Shown: positions 13,821 to 25,870 of the stretch, piece by piece
How the letters are laid out: the number at the start of each line of letters is the position of its first letter
Numbering within the stretch: the stretch's first letter is position 1
Source of the DNA: Chrysomallon squamiferum
Lineage: Eukaryota; Animalia; Mollusca
NCBI GenBank assembly: GCA_012295275.1
Contig: CM022670.1
Span: forward strand, 10,540,001-10,604,000
Length of the DNA: 64,000 bases
Direction: 5' to 3'
Made by a program: the position numbers and the translations under genes
The notes under the pieces: generated by a model
Database searches by the model: none
Told to the model about the DNA's origin: nothing
What the model saw: the letters and a program-made list of their open reading frames with translations, nothing else

Positions 13821-15357
13821 TAATAATAATAATAATAATAATAACAATAATAAAAATTATTATTATTATTATTATTATTTAAACGCTAAAGCAACAGAAA
13901 ACACAAGATACCTTGTAATGTTTCCCATTAATGGACTCCATTGGTTCCACTGTATATTCCAAATTACTTTCCTCAAAAAATTCTTTAACTGCTTTTTCAC
14001 TTGTCTCTACACCAACCACATGATGACCCTGATCATAAATCCTGTTAAATAAACATACAAGAATTCTTAAAATTATTATTATATAGTTTTTTTTTCACTG
14101 AAGTATAATTAGCCTGGAAAGTTTTTATTTCTTTATATTCAAAATGATGTTTTGTATTATTATCTGGTTTTTGTATTATTATCATAATTTATAACAAGCA
14201 AAGGCTACTCACAATAAAATAGAAAAAAATAAAATAAAATAAAATAAAATAAAAATTTACAAAATGTATTGAGGTTTTGTTTGGGGTTTTTTGGTATAAT
14301 TATTCAACAAAAGGTATGTTTTTACTGTATAACTGACCATTTCATGTCCAGTGCTTTGCCACAAAGAGGAAACAAAATCTTTACATGTTCTCTTCCTGCC
14401 AACAAGTGGTCCTTGTATTTTACCAGCAGTCTGAAATAATTCAATCAGTATTTGTTCAAGCATATTCAAATTATCTTATGAAAATAAAGCATTAGTCAAA
14501 CACATAAGAAATATATAGACATCAACACCACAGTATTTTTTGTTGTGGTGGGTTTCTTGAGGGGGGGCAATTTCTCTTTGTTTAGGGGGGTAGGAGTTGG
14601 TTAGTTGATTTTGAGGATGGTGATGAGTTGGGTTGATGTTTTTTTTAAGGAGGTGTCATTTGGAATTTTTAAAAAAAAATTCTCATTGTTTGTTTTGTTT
14701 GTTGTTTTTTTAAAATCTGCTATTGTTTCAAAATATTAGGTTTCATATGTTTACTTTTTCATTATTTATAATGAGTTTCATTTTCTGTAACAAAAATACA
14801 ATCAAAAGAAAGAGAATTCCATTAAACATGGTTGTATTTTTTTTTTTTTTCTTTTTGTTTCCCTTAATGAATGGTTATCAATCATTCCATAAATAAAACA
14901 ATATGTTTTAGTGAATTACCATCCAGTTCCCATTGTTGAAATGTTTAAAAGTAATTATCAACAAAGAATATAATTATGAAATTATTGTTAGTTGCTTTCT
15001 GTGGGGTGGGAGGTTTTTTTGGGGGGGAGTAGTTTTAGTTGCTGTTGTTTTGTTTGGTTAGGTTTTGGGGGTTCGTTGTTGCTGTTTCTTTTTGCACCTT
15101 AAAAATAAAAAAATTAAATTAACATTAATAATAAAAATTATATTGAAAAAAACACACAAAAAATCATGCATTAACATGTCTTCATGTTCTCTACTTATTA
15201 TATTTTATAAAAAAATGACATACTCATGAACAGATGTTTTATGAAATCCTATTTTGCCTACTTCCCAGCTCACTTTCCAATCATCAACAGTCAGGACTGC
15301 ATCTTTAACAGTTGACTTTTTGTCAGTAGTATCTTCAATATTAGAATCCGACTCCAT
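10805..15357 (-). CDS. TPMT: Thiopurine S-methyltransferase (~248 aa). Coding exons 15357-15224, 14430-14338, 14041-13912, 13195-13143, 12775-12701, 12063-11978, 11562-11518, 10935-10805
   Basis: The spliced ORF (747 nt) contains the TPMT hallmarks LTVDDWKVSWEVGKIGFHK, ILFPLCGKALDMKW, GHHVVGVE, FDAIWDRGSLVAIN, GPPHIVP and DSFEERHRAWG. All introns are GT-AG. Exon sizes 93/53/75/86/45 match the vertebrate gene as I recall it. Confidence 0.95.
11690..11912. repeat. Compound pentanucleotide microsatellite (TTTAA)n-(TTTTA)n-(TTTTG)n-polyT in a TPMT intron
   Basis: Seen directly. Confidence 0.95.
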
Positions 15358-16309
15358 CTAAATTAATAAAAGAAGGAAAAAGGTTAGATATTTTCAAATA
15401 ATAATAAAATAAAATGAAGCCACTATTTTTTATTGTTATTTTTTATTTTATTGAATTTAAACACAAAGTTTCTACACAGGTATAATATATTTTGTAATGT
15501 GGCCAGTTATCAGAATAATTTGTAGACTGGTACACATCAAATATTGTTACAAAATGTAGGATCTGTATTATATATGCCCTTATTAACCCAATTTGGGGTC
15601 TAAAGTAAAAAAATAAATATTTTTTAAATAATTATTTAAAACTAGTTCTTTTAAAACATGATTTTCATTTTCTGCTGCATTTTAAAATGATAAACAAAAA
15701 AATAAAAGTGAAAGTAATTTATGTTTGTTTATTGACTTACAGCCTGAGTAACATTGTTAAAGATTTAATTTAATTTGTGATTTGTTTTGTTTTTTAAGTT
15801 TCATCTTTCATGAGAAAGTTAAATTGAATATATTAGGTGGTCTTGGTTGTTGTGTTATTTTCTTTTTCTTTTATTTATTTATTTATTTTTTTATTCATTT
15901 ATTTTTTTTTTTTTTTGGGGGGGGTGAGGTGGGAACTGACTGAAATCGTTTCCACTTAGTTATTTATATAATCAAGTGTTTCATGTTATTTCTTATTTCT
16001 TATAGTTATAGAAGTATAGAATGCATCTTACTCAGGTGTTACATGCTATCCAAATAATTATAGCAACAAAAATAAATAATTTAATGTAATACTATGTTAC
16101 TTATGTAATAAATGAAATTCTGTGTTGTTATTTTCTGGGGTCTGGGTTGTTATTGTTGTTGTTTTTTTGGGGGGGGGAGATGTATGTTTTTCTATGAGAC
16201 AATGTTGTGTATGATTACCAGTATATTACTGAATAGTTGATTAAATGATGCAATTATTACTCTTAGATCATTAAGACATGCATTATTTTTTTTAATCTAT
16301 TCTATTTGT

Positions 16310-16735
16310 GCAGTACGCCAGTAGGGAATTACAAAATTCCTATTTGTCCTATGTCATCTGATCATGCTGACGTAAGGGTTTTCTAGTAACAGTACTACGT
16401 ACCTACGTGACTAAAAGTAATTAAGTAGTAGCAAAAATCATACCTTGGTCAAGTTAAAGCCCCCTGTACGAGAAAAGCAATAAACATGCAATGCGCATAA
16501 CTGGGTTGTCCAAAAATATTTTTTGGGTTTCGTATTAAACAGCTTTGGCGCGTAACGAATGATCCTGAAAAAAGGTTTAATCATGAGTCTTAAGTTCACC
16601 AATGATAATCATAATCCACGTGCGTTTCGTATTATTTGTACACAAAGTACAAATCGTACTTCCGTAGTTATTCCGCCTGAATGTAGCCCATAAACGAACC
16701 AGGATTAGTAATGTTACACATAATTTACAGGTAGA
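16310..16735. promoter_or_regulatory. Bidirectional promoter shared by TPMT (-) and POP1 (+)
   Basis: Local CpG enrichment between CpG-depleted gene bodies; NRF1-like TGCGCAT (~16492), E2F-type TTTGGCGC (16544-16551), CACGTG (16617-16622), ETS ACTTCCG (16658-16664); divergent donors at 16443 (-) and 16731 (+). Confidence 0.7.
16444..16463 (-). other. TPMT: Putative non-coding 5' exon of TPMT
   Basis: Minus strand reads ttttctcgtacag|GGGGCTTTAACTTGACCAAG|gtatga. The ATG exon begins directly at an AG acceptor (15359-15358), so an upstream non-coding exon is expected. Confidence 0.55.
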
Positions 16736-17926
16736 GATTTATTTATACTTCATTGGAAATGTTAAATATCATGTATATTTATATTTATTGTAATTAGCTT
16801 GTGAAAAATAAATTACAATTTGTTTAGGAATAAAAACAATTATTTCAGTAGATTATTTAGTTTTAGAGAATGTGTAAGGTCATTTAAAATGTATTACTTG
16901 TGTAGACTAGAGAGACCCTGAATTAGGCGTGTTGTGAGACATTCTATGATTCTGATTTACCGACTGATTAGATATGTAATTGAAATTATTTATATTTGTA
17001 TTTAACGACATAGTGTATGATTAGAACATTCGTTTGTTTAGCGCATGTTACAATTTTAACACACTTCTAGGTTAAGTGTTTGCCATGCGGTATAAATTAG
17101 AGGGTCTCAAATCACATTTATAAAATTAAAAATTAAAACTATGGCAATTTTGTCGAATAAAATTAGAAATAGAATCAGAAAATTTATGAATAATAATCAG
17201 TTATTTGTTATTACAGGAAAAATAATGAAAATAATAATGCATGAAAAGAAGTAAATTTCGAATTCTTGAAATATATTCACTCAGGTCAGGAGTTTCATTA
17301 AATATTACAAATTTAAATTTAACTTTTACTTTACAATTATAAATGTGAATTATAAAAAATGTTTATCTTTTCGTCTACCCCTTGTCAGCAATGCTTTTAG
17401 CACTTCTTTACAGTATTTTATTCTACAGCTACTGAGCTAGTGCACATAAAACAGTGCCATAAAACTGTATAAACCCCCTTTACACATGTCAAATCAACAA
17501 TTATTTCCCAGTGTTAATACAACATTGATATTGTGATAATTGGTGTACATGTAAAAAAATTCATTGAAAATAAAACAAGTCTTGTGAATGGCATCAATCT
17601 GTTTTTGAGAACTGCTGAGTGAGTGAAACTTCTGCTAAAAAAAAGGGGTAGATAACCTCCATTTCACTAACTTTACAAGTTAATATATTCTGCATTTGCA
17701 CATAGTTTATTACTTGATATTTAGAACATAAGATAGTTCCAGTTCTAAAAAAAAACAATGCCTGAACAATATCATGCTGGTTTTTTATGCAGATTTTGGA
17801 CTTTTTTGGTTGGTTCATTAAGATAATCCTGTTGTGTGACAAGGAACTTCATATTTATCTTGATAAATGTTTTTTTTTTTTTTTTTTTTTAAAGATATTT
17901 TGTGATGAAATATTCACTTTAGAAGA

Positions 17927-19317
17927 ATGAAAAGATCACTTGATAAAGAAAATGGTGAATCTTCATCAGCATCTCAAGCAAAAAGAAAATTTATCCATGA
18001 AAAGCCAGATATTAAACTTAAGAATCCTGGAGGTGGGTACTATGAATCCTTTCAGAACTTTTTGGTTGTTTGTTTTTCAGCAGCATTTAAATTTATATTC
18101 AGCTGACTAGATTTCATAATAATTATTATTACACTAAAATTTTATTTATAAGTTTAATTCTTTTTTTAGTTTTATTTATTTTTTAACAGAACTGTTAAAT
18201 TAATTAATTAAATAAATAAAATCTTCAAAGAAGTAATTTAAACTGAAGTTATTATTTTTTTTCTGACTTCATATCAAACGTCCCAAATAATATAGTAATG
18301 CAAATATGTAACTATCATATGTCTATTCCATATTTCTTTTCCCCAGATATTATTTAATATATGGAAATGTAATCAAATCAAGATATTTAGACTATTTGCA
18401 GCACTAATTGATTATACATTTTGACTGATATTAATATTTAAAAATACAGAAATCAGGATAGTAGACTTTGCCGAATGTCGTGCTTTAGAAGTGGAAGCTC
18501 TGTCCAGAGCTGTCTCTAAAATGCACAGTTCTAAAACCATTTGTCAGCGATTGCCAAGACATATGCGACGTCGCGCCATGGCACATGATGTCAAGAGGTT
18601 GCCAAGACGATTGCGTGAAATTGCACTGAGCAAGGTACATTGTGTATTTCTGATTATTTGTTGACCAAATTACTTTTTATTTGATTTTTGAAATATGCAA
18701 GATAAACAGTTATAAATAATGTATTATAATAACCTTATATTTGCATGATATTAAAATTTCCTATTGTATTCCAGTCATTTTTTGTTTTTATCCATTTTCT
18801 AAAACATACATGAACTCTTTTTGTGTTTAAATTTTGGTCACTGATCTTTTATTATAAGAATAATTTGTCTAATGTTTGTCAAGACTTGTGGCATGTATAG
18901 TAATTAAATGGGGTGTTCAAATTGAATTTTTAAATTTGAAAATGTTGCTGAAATATTTTAAATTCTGTTGGCAAAAACATGTATGAATTCAAACCCTAGA
19001 TAATAATCTCTTTTTATTGTTAACCCTTCAGATGATAAAAAGTACAAAAACCAATCCAAACAAAAGACCGAGTCGAAAATTCAGGCGTCGACCAAAAAAT
19101 CTTCTTGAAGATTACAATCGACGTCAGAAGAGATGCTGTTGGTTGGAAACTCACATCTGGCATGCCAAGCGGTTTCACATGACAGAGAAATGGGGTTACA
19201 AACTGGCACTGAGCCCTTGTGACAAAAGTGCACGTGCATGTTACCGGGCTGCATCCAATCACTGTCTGCTTCAGGTAAGTGATTTTACAAAATGTAAAAG
19301 TGAAAACTCCAGATAAT

Positions 19318-19369
<52 letters not shown>

Positions 19370-22300
19370 CATTAGTATGAAAATTTTAAGGAGATGTGTA
19401 TTGTATTAATCACTTTAATCTGTTGTTTGGTCACAAAAATAGTTTTTGATTACATTATGTGATAAAGGTATGAATGATTGTACAGGTCTAAATAAAATGT
19501 AGCTATTCAATCTTTTTCTTCTTGTTTTTTTTTTCAGGATATATCTTATGTGTGCTGTTTAGAAATTCAGGGACCAGAAAATAAAATCATTGAATCTCTT
19601 CAGCATCTGACTAGACCTGAAATGGGTTTGTATAAAATATAGCAATTCCTACACTCACAGAAGAGCAAGTACCAGTGTAACTTTTATTACACACACATAC
19701 ACAGCTATTTTGAAAATATTTGAAAACATTTACATTCATGTGTTAAATTGTTGTAATTGTTAACTAATGTTTAAAAAATATATGTTGTTTCTATATAATT
19801 ATAGGACCAACTATTGCAGCAAAAGCCTATCTTGATGGCAGAAGATGTGGCAAGACCATTTTCTTTTCATATAACAAGAACTCAAACAAACCAGTTGCTC
19901 AGATTTCTTTTATGTGGAGGCCCCATGCTTCCAGCAGCAACTCAGTGCAAGGGAGACAACTTTGGATATGGTGTCATCCGTCTTGTTTTGAAGGAGTTCT
20001 ACATGAAGTGCAAAAATGTATAAAGGAAAGGCATGCAACATCTTTATCTGTTGAAAAGAAACAAGAGAGCAAAGTGCTTATTAAGAAAAATGAAATAGAG
20101 AATTCTGAAAACAAGACAACAGCTGAAGACAGAGCTATGACTATAGAAGGAGATAGCTCAAAAGAAATGATCATAAACATTGAATGTTCTGATCAGTTTG
20201 ACAAAAATTCCAACTTTACAACATTCTCTCAGACAACTGGAGATGTAACTGTTAGATCCTTGAAGGATAAACTGGTAAGATTTACACTGACAGGACCCCT
20301 TTCTCAAAAGATTCTGAATGAAACTCTTCAGCCATCTAAAATTGATACTGCTGAAACCAGTATGTCTGGTGATTCAGATAATCATTCTTTGTGGTGGGAA
20401 AAATATTTCTCAGATGACAACATGAAAACAAAATTTGAGGAACAGAAGTCTGTTTGGACCCAGCTAGCTGCCTGTCAGTCACCTGCTGAAGCCCCTCCCA
20501 ATATTGTACTTGGATTGACAGTCAGAGATCCCAGAGTTCTTCTTCCTCAGAAAAGGTATTCCATGAAAGAAAGTAAACCAGGTAATTACTTCTTGATCAT
20601 TATTTTAAATGTAAAGAGAGAAGTTTAATAATTTAAGTTGTTTATTTTTATTTATGTTTTTATTTCTGGGAGGTAACTTTTATTATTAATAATATTAGAT
20701 TGTGTCTATATGTATTGTAAGCTTAGTTTTAACAAAGAAAAAAAATGCATACATCATATGGTATCATCATGGTGTTAGTGTTGTAGTGTGCCAATATTGT
20801 AAGATAAGTAATAAAAAATATCTTTAAAAGACATGGAGAGAACTTTCCAACTGGGTAGCTCAAAGGCAGAGTGCTGGTAATTGTTGCCAGAGATACAGGT
20901 TCAAATCCTGTCCCAGTTTAATCAGTTGTTCTCTGCCATGCTGTAATTTTACTTATTGATTTAAATATCTGTCAGCTATTGGATAATGAGAGGAAAATGT
21001 AGAAAAGTGTATTTAACTTTTTACTTATTAATACAATCGTTTTTGTGTTCATATTTTAAAACAACATTTAACAGTTTTTATTCCTTAAAAAAAGTTGAAA
21101 GTCATTTGATGTTAATATGATTCAAACATGATCAGTCTAATCTGTTAAAACTGAAACTACATAAAGTTAACAAAGTTTTTGTAATTTTAATGTTTTTATT
21201 TTTTAGACATAAATTATCTGCATGTAAGTACTACATATATGATACAAATATGCAACATAAAATTCTATGATCAAGCTTTAATTCCAAAAAACAAATATTT
21301 GTCAAATAATAATTATAAACGAAAACTATGGTTACTGAAAATGCACTATATTTTCACAGAAACAAATGTTGCATCAGTGCCAAGTTTAAGTGAACCACCA
21401 TTACCCCATTTGTGTGATTCTCCACTCTGGGATGAAGCAGTGAGACTGAACACAAAGGAAAACAAAATGCCAGAGTCTGAACTTAACAAACTTCGTTCTA
21501 AACACCTTGTGCCAGGTAAGATGTATAAAACAGAACAAAACATCAAAATGAAAACTTTGATAAACTTACTGTTATATTATCAACAGTAATAAAACAAAAA
21601 TAATTTGTATGTCTTTTTAATTCCAGTAAAGTATTATATAAAATTTATTATTAAAAAACAATTTCAACAGTGAGGACATTCTGTTAAATAATACAAATTT
21701 GTATTAATGATAAAAGTATATATATAATTTATATTAATAATACTATATGGTAAATCTTAAACTGTTATTCAGCAAGATTTAAATATGCACTAACTGAATT
21801 GTTTTACCAATATTGAACAATTTATTTTCTGTCTGCCAGCCAACCTACCAAGATCACATCTTTTTGTCCATTTCATAATTAACATATATCTTTTCTTTCC
21901 CTCATAGATCAGAACTTGTTTTTTGGTCTGTCTTGCAATACCTTGTAAACTCAGTGTTTTTAAATTTATTTTTATTTATTTAAGGTACAGCAATAGATCT
22001 TGGAAGAAGAGAATCACGTATTCCCATTGTGCTGGTCCAGCGACCAGGTTTTCGACCGCCTGTGCTGTCAAGAAATATGAAGCAGTATAAAGCTGGTTAT
22101 GGTAGTGGATGGGATCTGATAGCCCCTGCAGGATTTGGCATGGCCTTCCACCTTGCGATGGTGTACCGTGGGGCTCGTGTGGGAGGTCTGAGAGAAGCAC
22201 GATGCATAGCTGCAGAAAGTGAAGAGCTGATTTTTCCTGATGATTTTCCTGATACACCAGCAGGTGCTGCAGAACATAAAAGCCAGTATGAAGAACTGAA

Positions 22301-23099
22301 GAAGAAATATGAAAGACGTCCACCTGCCAAGAAACCAAACTATACTAAACTTGGAATTTCTTCTCCATTTTGTTGTCCTTGGCAACAGTTAGTTTATTGG
22401 TGGGCTTCAAAAACTACTGATAGTAAAGGCATGCAAGATCAGAAAGCTGAAGATGAAACATCTTTTTATGTCATGAGGAGTAAGAAGGGACTTAAATTGT
22501 TGAATTCTCTTGTATTAGAACAAAAACCACAAAAATCATCAAATTTCAACAAAACCAGCAACCTGATCAGTGATTTTCATAAGATGATAAATGAAAATAA
22601 GCATGCTTTAGTTCCAGTGACAGTCACTATGCTAGGTCGAGGGGTTCCTCAGAAGTTTGCTCACATCTGTATTCCATCACAAGAAGATCTAAAGAATCTG
22701 CAGCAAGATAAAACCTTTGCTGGTCCAAAGGAAAGTCTGCAACCAGATCCTGCTCTGGCAGCAAAGAAAAAAGAAAAGGCTTTGAAAAAGAAAACTAAAT
22801 CTGTTGTTAGCACACCATCTCTTTCTAAAGCATCAGATGATGACAGTGATGATGATACTTCAGAAAGCAGTCAGGATCAGTTACCTTCACAGACATGTCA
22901 TAGGCCAGTTATTGGGTATATTTCTTATGGTGACTTTGCATTAGGACAAGGTCAAGGTGCTGGCAAAGGATTTTGTTCTGTGGTAGGAGTTCACCAGCTT
23001 AGATCTGCTACACTGGATAACAAACACTGTGTGGTGCTTGTTCGAAACACAACTTCTCTGCAGTACCGTTTTGCTTACTTATCTTTGATAACTTCTTAA
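17927..23099 (+). CDS. POP1: Ribonucleases P/MRP protein subunit POP1 (~889 aa). Coding exons 17927-18032, 18450-18634, 19032-19274, 19538-19625, 19805-20581, 21360-21515, 21985-23099
   Basis: The spliced ORF (2670 nt) has the POP1 R-box [23 protein letters not shown], the W-box [29 protein letters not shown], the POPLD region [47 protein letters not shown] and the C-terminal G-box [24 protein letters not shown]. Confidence 0.96.
20849..20919 (+). ncRNA. tRNA-like cloverleaf (non-decoding tRNA mimic, or pseudo-tRNA/repeat-derived) inside POP1 intron 20582-21359
   Basis: Acceptor AACTGGG/CCCAGTT; TA; D-arm GCTC-AAAGGCA-GAGT; G; anticodon arm CTGGT-AATTGTT-GCCAG; variable AGAT; T-arm ACAGG-TTCAAAT-CCTGT; discriminator T. 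A box TAGCTCAAAGG and B box GGTTCAAATCC are present. The anticodon loop lacks U33 and purine 37. Confidence 0.75.
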
Positions 23100-24854
23100 T
23101 AGCAATAGTCTGATCACCAATTATTATCATAATAAACATTTATATTTAGACCATTTTAAGAAATACCCAAAAGGTTATCAGGAAATTAGCATCATAATAC
23201 TGTGAAGTTCTTGAAGATTAAATCATAATATATGTATATATATACATATTATTATGTCACATTCAAACAAATAAAAAAAATGAATGCACCACATTTAATT
23301 TTCATTTGTATTAATTGTAATTTTAAATGAGATATGTATTTAGTGCTTTGAGTAAAGATTGCTGTTCTTTACTTTAAGGGGAGTTTGGGAGGGTGTTTTA
23401 TTATTATTATTATTAACAAAACAAACAAACAAAAAATGTGGGGGAAAAATACTTACTTCCAAATTATTCTTTCAGTCTGAAAGGGATGTGTCCTGACCTG
23501 GAATTTGAGCTCACTATTTTTCAAGTTTGACCTACTGACCTATTATTGCATCAGCTGTTACGTATTTTACAATAATAATTTAAACAAACAAACATATTTT
23601 TTTTCGAAAAGGGCTAGGCCGTAATTATTTATTTCAGCCTGTGTGAATAATTTTATTTACCTTTTAATTGTTAATCGGTTCAAATTCATGTTTATGTTTT
23701 ATTTCATTCATAAAATATAAAATAGACAAAATTTAATAATTAAATTATAATATAAACTGTAATAACATAAACTGCTAAAAACAGAAATAATCGATCTGAA
23801 ACGTATGTGCAAAAAAATATTCTGAAACAGGATGACGCCATTATCATTGGGAACGCCTCCTCTAAACGGTGGTAATTATGTAAAGAGTATACAATGGGCA
23901 GTAATCCAAACAAAATAATAATCATTAAAGAAATGTCTTAGTTGTTTTCTTTCCTTTCTTTTTTTTCTCCACAAATTAACATATTTAATGGAAACTCGAA
24001 CTAACAGATACATTGATGTCACTGAGATACAACTGTTAAAAAATTACGCTTATTATTATCTGTTAAATGTTAATTAAAACACGGAAAACGACTTTAATTT
24101 ATACGGATTTCATATGTGGTTCAATGCGCTAAAATCGTTATGTTAAAACACACACACACACAGAACAGTGAATTATGTATAGGCATGTCTTCTACATGAG
24201 TCGGTGTGATTATGAAAAACAACAATGATTATTAATTAATCTAAGTATCTAGAATCCAGGGCATTTGAATTAATCAGGTCAGAAGCTTATAAATAAATAA
24301 ATAAATAAATAAATAATAGTAATAATATGATTTTAACATCATGGAATTCGTCGAGGTTTGGTTAAAAAACTGCTCGTTATATACAAAAATACACATCTTT
24401 CATTTAAAGAAGAAAAAACAAATCTCACGAGGCTGTGTATTCGATTAATTCTAGCAACAATTTTTCTCCTCGATTCTAAAAATAAACAGTTAATTAATTT
24501 GAAAATAAATAAATAAATACAAATATATGTTTTCTCGGATTTGCACTTTAACAAGACCAGATTCCAGCTGTCGTCTTATTGGCGATATTATATAAACATC
24601 AGTATCGATCCACTTTTTCAGACCACGTACTGAATAAGAAAACTCATGTGGTTAAAAATGAAGATTATCGTCAATATGTTCTCAAAGATCGATCACCAGT
24701 CTGGTAAATTACCGCAGACCAAATCAGTGTACGTTCTTGTCACAAATGTGGCAAATCTGTAAATGTTTAAAAGTGAATTAATGTTGCAATCACAGACAAC
24801 ATCTATTACGTATATTATGCTGTTAGATCATGCAAAAATTATTCAGTTATCGTT

Positions 24855-24855
<1 letters not shown>

Positions 24856-24930
<75 letters not shown>
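24856..24930. repeat. (CT)n microsatellite
   Basis: Seen directly. Confidence 0.97.
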
Positions 24931-24934
<4 letters not shown>

Positions 24935-25274
24935 AAATTGCTTGTGGTTGTATTATAATCACACAATGTTTGTTGCACCAAAAAGTAATAGAGACGTATA
25001 TGAGTGATGTATGCCTTTTGTCTTAAATACGATTTTTTTTTCTTTCTCACATTTAATGATACCCTTATTTGGGATTACTGCGTCTACGATGTCTCGACTT
25101 TACTGTTAATATACTTTTTGTGAGATAAGTAGATAGGCTTATAAGCACTTGCCTTTAGAAGATGAACAAATATTTTATTCGTTCAATAATTAATAAAACT
25201 AAGAGCAAAATAATAATTAGGAAAAAAATTAACTGCTGAAGCCTAAAGATGTATGTATAATATACGTGTTTGTG

Positions 25275-25320
25275 TCTGTATGTATGGATGTATGTATGTA
25301 TGTATGTATGTATGTATGTA

Positions 25321-25353
<33 letters not shown>

Positions 25354-25435
25354 ATGTGTGTGTGTATGTGAGTATGTATGTATGTATGTGTGTGTGTATG
25401 TATGTATGTATGTATGTATGTATGTGTATGTGTAT
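25275..25435. repeat. Compound (TATG)n/(TG)n microsatellite
   Basis: Seen directly. Confidence 0.95.
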
Positions 25436-25714
25436 ATTTTTAAGGCCTATATTTTAAACAGGCTGGTAGGTTAAACACTTACTATTATTATAATTACAAT
25501 TGTATTTTAAGAAAACAACAAAACTAAGAAAATAAACAAAAAAGCAGTTTGTTGCTTGAATATTATTATTATAATTATTATTATTATTATTATTATTATT
25601 TATGTTCGTTTTTCACACGTCATCCTCAGACATTCTCTATTAAAGCCATGCTGTTATAATTATAAGAGTTGTGTTCCTACTTTTACGTCCTGGTTGCAGA
25701 GGGCAGTACAATAT

Positions 25715-25765
25715 GTACGACGCGTCACATGTCACATGACCAGAGGCGGAAGCCATTTTGGATCT
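25715..25765 (+). promoter_or_regulatory. AP3D1 core promoter: tandem GTCACATG E-boxes (CLEAR/M-box-like), ETS core and YY1-type motif
   Basis: GTCACATGTCACATGAC (25724-25740), GCGGAAG (25746-25752) and GCCATTTTG (25752-25760) lie in a CpG-rich patch ~110-150 nt upstream of the ATG. Confidence 0.65.
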
Positions 25766-25870
25766 CAATATGTGAGAAGTGTCATTTTTCTGTGTATGAA
25801 AGTGACGGGTGATGAATAAGCCGGCACTTTCTGCAACATGATTATTCGTGTCGATCAAAGAACAATATAA

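Noticed and set aside
14520-15080. G-quadruplex cluster in a TPMT intron
   Set aside because: The G-runs are widely spaced, and similar G/T-rich low-complexity patches occur throughout the window.
20849-20919. Functional tRNA-Gln(TTG) gene
   Set aside because: The central triplet reads TTG, but the loop lacks Y32/U33/R37 and can pair internally; reported as a tRNA-like element instead.
23480-23560. Second tRNA-like sequence downstream of POP1 (minus strand)
   Set aside because: Only a decayed B-box-like fragment with no cloverleaf; likely a SINE remnant.
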